Below the pieces are notes generated by a model. The model did no database searches. It saw nothing but the letters and a program-made list of their open reading frames with translations, and was not told the origin of the DNA. 64,000 bases of DNA from the human T2T-CHM13v2.0 reference genome, Homo sapiens: the NCBI RefSeq assembly GCF_009914755.1, contig NC_060926.1. One strand, 5' to 3'. Within the stretch, counting starts at the first letter, position 1, and every line of letters starts with the position of its first letter. The translations under genes and the position numbers were made by a program. This document shows, in pieces, positions 57,571-64,000 of this stretch.

Positions 57571-59848
57571 TGATATGGTTTGTCTGTGTTCTCACCCAAA
57601 TGTCATCTTAAATTGTAGTTCCCATAATCCCCATGTGTCATAGGAGGGACCTGGTGAAAGGTAATTGAATCATGGGGCTGGTTACCCCCACACGGCTATT
57701 CTCATGATAGTGAGTGAGCGCTGATGAGATCTGATGGGCTTTTCCTCTTTTTGCTCAGCACTTTTCCTTAATGCCACCATGTGAAGAATGACATGTTTCT
57801 TTCCCCTTCCACCATAATTGTAAGTTTCCTGAGGCCTTGCCAGCAATGCCAAACTGTAAGTCAATTAAACCTCTTTCCTTTATAAATTGTCCAGTCTCAG
57901 GTGTGTCATTATTAGCAATATGAGAACAGACTAATATAGTAAATTGATACCGGGATGTGGGGTACAGCTGTAAAGATATCCGAAAATGTGGAAGCAACTT
58001 TGCAACTGGGTAACAGGCAGAGGGTGGAACAGTTTGGAAGGCTCAGAAGAAGAAACAAAAATGTGGGAAAGTTTGGAACTTCCTAGAGGCTTGGAGGACT
58101 GAGAAGACAGGAAGATGTGGGAAAGTTTGGAACTTCGTAGAGACTTTGTTGAACGGCTTTGACCAAAATGCTGATAATAATATGGACAATAAGGTCCAGG
58201 CTGAGGTCATCTCAGATGAAGATGAGGAACTTGTTGGGAACTGGAGTAAAGGTTCTTCTTGCTATGCAAAGTGACTGGTAGCAGTTTGCCCCTGCCCTAG
58301 AGATCTGTGGAACTTTGAACTTGAGAGAGATGATTTAGGGTATCTGGTGGAAGAAATTTCTAAGCAGCAAAGCATTCAAGAGGAAGTGGAGCATAAAAGT
58401 TTGGAAAATTTGCAGCCTGACAATGCGATAGAAAAGAAAACCCCTTAACTCGTCATTTAGCATTAGGTATATCTCCTAATGCTATCCCTCCACCAACATG
58501 GCACATGTATACATAGGTAACAAACCTGCACATTGTGCACATGTACCCTAAAATTTAAAGTATAATAATAATAAAATTAAAAAATAAATAAATAAATAAA
58601 TGCAATTAAAAAAATAAATAAAAAGAAATTTATTTAAAAAGCCAAAAAAAAAAAAAGAGAAAAGAAAACCCCTTTTCTGGGGAGAAATTCAAACCAGTTG
58701 CAATAATTTGCATAAGCAACATGAAGCCAAGTGTTAATCATCAAGACAATGGGAAAAATGTCTCCAAGGCACGTCAGAGAAATTCACAGCAGCCCCTCCT
58801 ATCACAGGCATGGAGACCTAGGACGGAAAAACGGTTGCCAGGCTCAAGGCACCCTTTTGTTTTGTGCAGCCTTGGAACTTGGTGCCCTGTAGGCTAGCCC
58901 CTCCAGCTGTGGCTAAAAGGGTCTAACATACAGCTCAGACCATTGCTTCCGAGGGTGCAAGCCCCAAGCCTTGACAGCTTCCATGTGGTGATGAGTCTGC
59001 CGGTTTACAGAAGTCAAGAATTGAGGTTTGGGAAACTCTGCCTAAATTTCAGAGAATGTATGGAGATGCCTGGATGTATAGGCAGAAGTTTGCTGCGGAG
59101 GCAGGGCCCTCATGGAGAACCTCTGCTGCAGCAGTGCAGAAGGGAAGTGTAGGGTTGGAGCTTCCATACAGAGTTCCCACTGCAGCACCGCCTAGTGCAT
59201 CTGTGAGAAAAGGGCCATCGTCCTCTAGACCCCAGAATAGTAGTTCCACCAACAGCTCGCACTGTGCACCTGGAAAAGATTCAGACACTCAACGCCAGCC
59301 AGGAAGGCAGCTTGGAGTGGGCTGTACCCTGCAAAGCCACAGGGGTAGAGCTGCTTCAGGCCATGGGAGCTCACCTTTTGCAACAACATGACCTGGATGT
59401 GAGACATGAAGTCAAAGAAGATCATTTTGGAACTTTAACGTTTAATGATGTTAAACTCTGCTGAGAGCAGAATGATATGGTTTGGCTGTGGCCCCAACCA
59501 AATCTCATCTTGAATTATACTTTTCATAATCCCCACTTGTCGGAGGGATCCAGTGGGAGGTAATTGAATCACGGGGATGGTTACCCCCATGCTGTTATTC
59601 TCATGATAGTGAGTGAGTTCTCACAAGATCTGATGGTTTTATAAGGGGTTTTCCCCTCTTTGCCCAGTATTTCTCCTTGCTGCTGCCATGTGATGAACGA
59701 TATGTTTGCTTCCCCGTCCACCATGATTGTAAGTTTCCTGAGGCCTCCCCAACCATGCTGAACTGTGAGTCAATTAAACTTCTTTCCTTTATAAATTACC
59801 TGGTCTTGGGTATGTCTTTATTAGCAGCATGAGAACAGGATGAATGCA
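57571..59848 (+). mobile_element. THE1 (THE1C/D-like) element: LTR-internal-LTR
   Basis: LTRs tgatatggtttg... at 57571-57938 and 59472-59848; THE1-int between them (gtaaattgatacc, gaaagtttggaacttcctagag) with a deletion near the 3' end of the internal region. Confidence 0.9.
58447..58657 (+). mobile_element. Tiny L1PA (L1PA3/4-like) 3' end with 45-bp 5' inversion, inserted in THE1-int
   Basis: Inverted aactcgtcatttagcattaggtatatctcctaatgctatccctcc, then sense accaacatggcacatg...aaagtataat plus A-rich tail; perfect 17-bp TSD agaaaagaaaacccctt (58430-58446, 58658-58674). Confidence 0.93.
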
Positions 59849-59849
59849 G

Positions 59850-62800
59850 TATCTCTAATTACATAGTAGAAAGGAAATTAATAATATAAAATATAATAGA
59901 CATAGAGAATAAGAAAAGGTATAACATAATTCAAATTCCAGGAGGGAAGACAAGAGAATGAAAACGAGGCAATATGTAAAGACATATGGAAGAATATTAT
60001 TCAGAATTAATTTTAAAAATCTAAGAATTGAAAGTCTTAAACATGATAAATAAAATGTTATTCAAAAAGTATATAAACCAAACAAAAACAAGGAAACTAT
60101 TTTTTTTGAAACAGCTAACCTGTATAATAACAACCTGGTTTTCAAGATCAACAATGACAGCCGAAAACAATTTCACAAATAAAACTTTCAGTGAACGTTA
60201 TGACCCAAGAATTTGTACACCATAAAAATCTTTTTATAAGTAGCACTAAAGACAAATTCAGATAAGCAGAAAGTTTTTTTAATGGACCCTTACTCAAAAA
60301 ATGTTTTAAAAGAAATGTCAGAAAAAAATGAAAAAATGAATTATTTAAAAGGGGACTCTAAGGCATTATCCTTTATTATTTAAACAACAATTTATAATAA
60401 TAATACTTAACTTATAGATTTAAATATATATTTATACTGAAGTACTGGACAACAATTGTTTATAAGTCCAAAGGAATATGATAATATTTTTAATCTTAAA
60501 ATACACAGAAGAAGGTATGTATTAATTTTATGTTTCACGAATGTAAATATCTATACATTTTTAAGGTAAAAGCTGAAGGAATAATGATCAAATATTAAAA
60601 CTTCCAAACAATAAAAAGGTAAAATGTAATATTTTTAAAAACACTAAATCTAAATGCAAGCAAAAGAAATGTGAAAATTAAAAATGGAGACAAACAGAAA
60701 TTAATATGATACAAAAAACTCCAAAAGCATCTGTAATCGTAATTAACATAAATAACAAAATAGAGAATTTAATTTTAAGCAATGAGAAATAATCTGTAAC
60801 AGATTAAAGTTGTTCCAGGAAAATAAAAAAATCCTTCACAAAATGCACAGAAATCATCAAATAACTACAAAGGCAGTCAGGACTTGAGCCAAGAGACAAA
60901 AGAAAAGGGAAATATGGTGAAATAAACCTAGTACTTCTGTATGACTTGTTTTGCCACTCACGACATATGACACTTCAGAGTAGTCCAAGGGGTAGATTAT
61001 ATTACAAGCAAATGACCAATTAGAGGCTGACAATCCAAGCAGAGATATCGGGAATTTCATGATGCTGGAAATAAAAATTTGACTCAGATCTTATCAGCCT
61101 GGAGTGGCCCTGATGAACACTGGAGGGTTTAGTTGAAACTCCCCAAAGAATGGACTCTAGAACTAAGGGTGAATGGTTAAGTAGACCAAGCGCTACACAA
61201 AAACCCAACCTCTAGGCAACTTAATCCCTGACAGAATCAAGATGATCTGCACTTAATTTGTCGGGCATAAAGTTAGCAAAACGCTTTCTGGAAAAAAATA
61301 TCTGGACTTCTATAGTTTTTAATAGAAAAGATGAAAGATTCTGTCAAAAATTATGTGATTCTCTGAGAGACAAGAGCAATAGTAAAGCTATCAGTGATCC
61401 AGTTATTAGTGTTATCAGAGATTTAAAAGTAGTCATGATCAAAATGTTTCAGGAAACCATGAAGAATTCCATTAGACCTCTGGGATTATTAAAGAGAAAC
61501 AAATGTGTATTCGAAAACAAAAGCATATCATAAATTGAAAGTAAAACCATGCATATGGGGCTATTAGCATGTTTGACTATCCTGAAGAGAGTTAGTAGAA
61601 AATGTCAAAATCAAGTATAGAGAGACAATAAAAAGGGGGAGGAAGAAATACAGGGGGAAAAAACAACTAAAGATATATAAGACTTTGTGAAAAAGTCTAA
61701 TGTTTTGTAATATTGGAATGTTAGAGTATAACAAGAATGAGGTGGAAACAATATTTACAAAGTCTTTGCCTGCAAAGAAACAACATGTCCTATGGTTAAC
61801 TCTCCACAGAATGAAGAAAGCATAATGACAAACAAATGGCAAACGTAAAGTTCTGAAAGCAAACAACTGATGATCTGGAATTCTACACCTGGTGAAAATA
61901 TTCTTCAAAAATGAAGACAAAAACATTTCCAGAAAAAGGAAAGTGAAAGATTTCATTGCCAATAAACCCATGCTAATATAAACACTACAAGGAGATTTTC
62001 CCTTTGAAGTATGTTCCTTAATAAAGGTATAAAAACACATGATAGAATTAGGGGTAATTCGAATATACCAGCAATTATATTAACTGTAAATGTATTAAAT
62101 ACTTTAAAAAGTCAATGACTGATAGGCTGTATTAAAGTAAAAACTTTATACTGCTTTTAGAACAAAAATTGACATAATGACCTCAAAAGATTGCAGATAA
62201 GAAGATCAAAAAGTTATACGCGATATTAATCATTAAAAGAAGATATAATTAAAGTAATAGATGTGTAGACTTTAAGGGAAGAAGCAAATCATAATGATGA
62301 AAATATATTCTATAAGAAATATATAATAAATCTGAATTTATAGGTAACTAATAATATAGCTTCAAAATATATAAAGCAAAATTTAAATAACTAAAAGTGA
62401 TGTAAAAGTATTCACAAGTCAAAGAGTATATCACACTGTCTTAGGAGCTAATTTAACAAGTATTCTAAATAATCCTTAAGAATATAGAAAATGTAAATGA
62501 TATGATTTATGAACTTGATCCAGTTGACATGTAGCGAATACTGCAAACAGAAGCTTTATTAGTAATTACATCATTAATTATTATTAATAATTTAATAATT
62601 ATTGAGCTATCAAACTATTAGAAAACATAGACATTAGTCTTCATAATCTCAGATTCAGCAATTATTACATTTGACACCAAAAGTACTAACAACAAAAGAA
62701 AAAATTGATGAATTGGACTTTATATAAACTAAAGATGTTTATGTTTAAAGGACACTATCAAGAAATTAAAGACATCCTCACAGAATGGGTGAAAATATTT

Positions 62801-64000
62801 ACAAATCATATATCTGATAATTGAATTGCATTCAGGACATATAAAGACCATATATAACTCAATAATGAACCTAATTTAAAAATGAGCCAGACTTTTGATA
62901 GGCACTTCACCAAAAACATGAACTGGCTAATAAGCATATGAAAAGATGGTCCACATCTTCAGTCATCAGAGAAATGCAAATCAAGAGCACAATGACATAC
63001 CACTTCACATGATCTAGCAAGGCTGTAATAAAAACCAATGACCAAAACCAAATGTTGGTCAGGGCCTAAGGAAGCTGAAACCCTCATGCACTGCTAAATG
63101 GTGCACTTAGAAAAACACTATGGTAGTTCCTCAAAATGCTGAACACAGAGTTACTATATTACCCAGAAGTTGCACTGCTAGACCAAGAGATATGTAAATA
63201 TTTGTCCACACAAAAACTTGCACACAACTAGTGTTAGCATCATTATTCATAAAGTCAATAAGTGAAAACAATCCAAATATCTGTGTAGCCATAAGTGAAT
63301 AAACAAAATACGGTAAATCTATACAATAGAGCAGTATTTGACAATGAAAAGGAATTAAGCGCTGATACATGCAGCAGTCTACATGAACCTTGAAAACACT
63401 GTTAAGTGAAAGAAGCCAGACATAAAACCCCACATTTCATATGATTCCATTTATATGAAATATCCAAAATAGACAAATATTTAGGGATAAATACTTGATT
63501 AATGGTTAACTAGTTTTGCTGGAGGAACAAATGGAAAGTGATTGCCCAAAGTTTTAAAGCTGGTGAAATTGTTTTAAATGATATTATTGTAATGGTTACA
63601 TAACTGTCTATGTTAAACTATTGTATTGTAAACTGTAAATAGGCTAATCTCATGAAAATTATATCTCAACATAATTGTCTTCTAAAAGAAAAGTAAAAAC
63701 TCATATAATAATGAACCTTCAAAATATGTGAGATAAAGCATGACAGGTAAAAAGGAGAAACTGGAAAATCCATCATGTCAGAGGTTTTTATTCATTCTGT
63801 CATTAATTGATAGAATGGATGGAGAGAAAAACATTCAGATGTAGTAGGTTTGAAACAACATAATTAACCTTCTTGGTATAATAAATATATACTACACATC
63901 TAATGGCTGGAAGATGCATGTTCTTCAGAAGCACACAAAGGACATTTATAAAAAGGGGCTACTTATCAAGATATAAAATGACTTTTTAAAGTCAATATTA
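59850..64000 (+). mobile_element. Decayed L1M fragments, including an L1MB-like 3' end at ~62620-63680
   Basis: A-rich strand; aattggactttatataaactaaag, catcagagaaatgcaaatcaag, gtccacacaaaaacttgcacac, atgattccatttatatgaaatatcc. Confidence 0.75.

Noticed and set aside
58060-58145. Duplication of tgtgggaaagtttggaacttc in THE1-int
   Set aside because: As I recall, this is a feature of some THE1 internal consensus sequences rather than locus-specific.

Overview
Primate (human-type) AT-rich genomic DNA, mostly interspersed repeats (Alu, L1, Tigger1, MER1B/MER5A/MER30/Charlie, MaLR and ERV1 LTRs, MIR/L2) plus simple repeats. I found no convincing intact protein-coding gene or RNA gene; nearly all listed ORFs come from repeats. 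The main result is hidden inside a Tigger1 transposon at 15361-16473: a TSD-flanked retroposed insert made of an old L1PA 3' end fused directly to an intronless, frameshifted copy of an oocyte-secreted PLAC1/OOSP-family (ZP-N domain) mRNA. It resembles OOSP4B as I recall that protein, and it retains a signal-peptide-like segment, a CPE-like motif, poly(A) signals and a decayed poly(A) tail. Other notable structure: (i) at least four short direct copies of nearby sequence, three of them at sites where older repeats are split or truncated, suggesting repeated local templated insertion; (ii) three independent 5'-inverted (twin-primed) L1s of different ages; (iii) a 1.2-kb TGCATG-rich higher-order minisatellite with a shorter sister array and a possible seed sequence nearby. 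Repeat subfamily names come from recalled consensus sequences, and boundaries of old elements are approximate.
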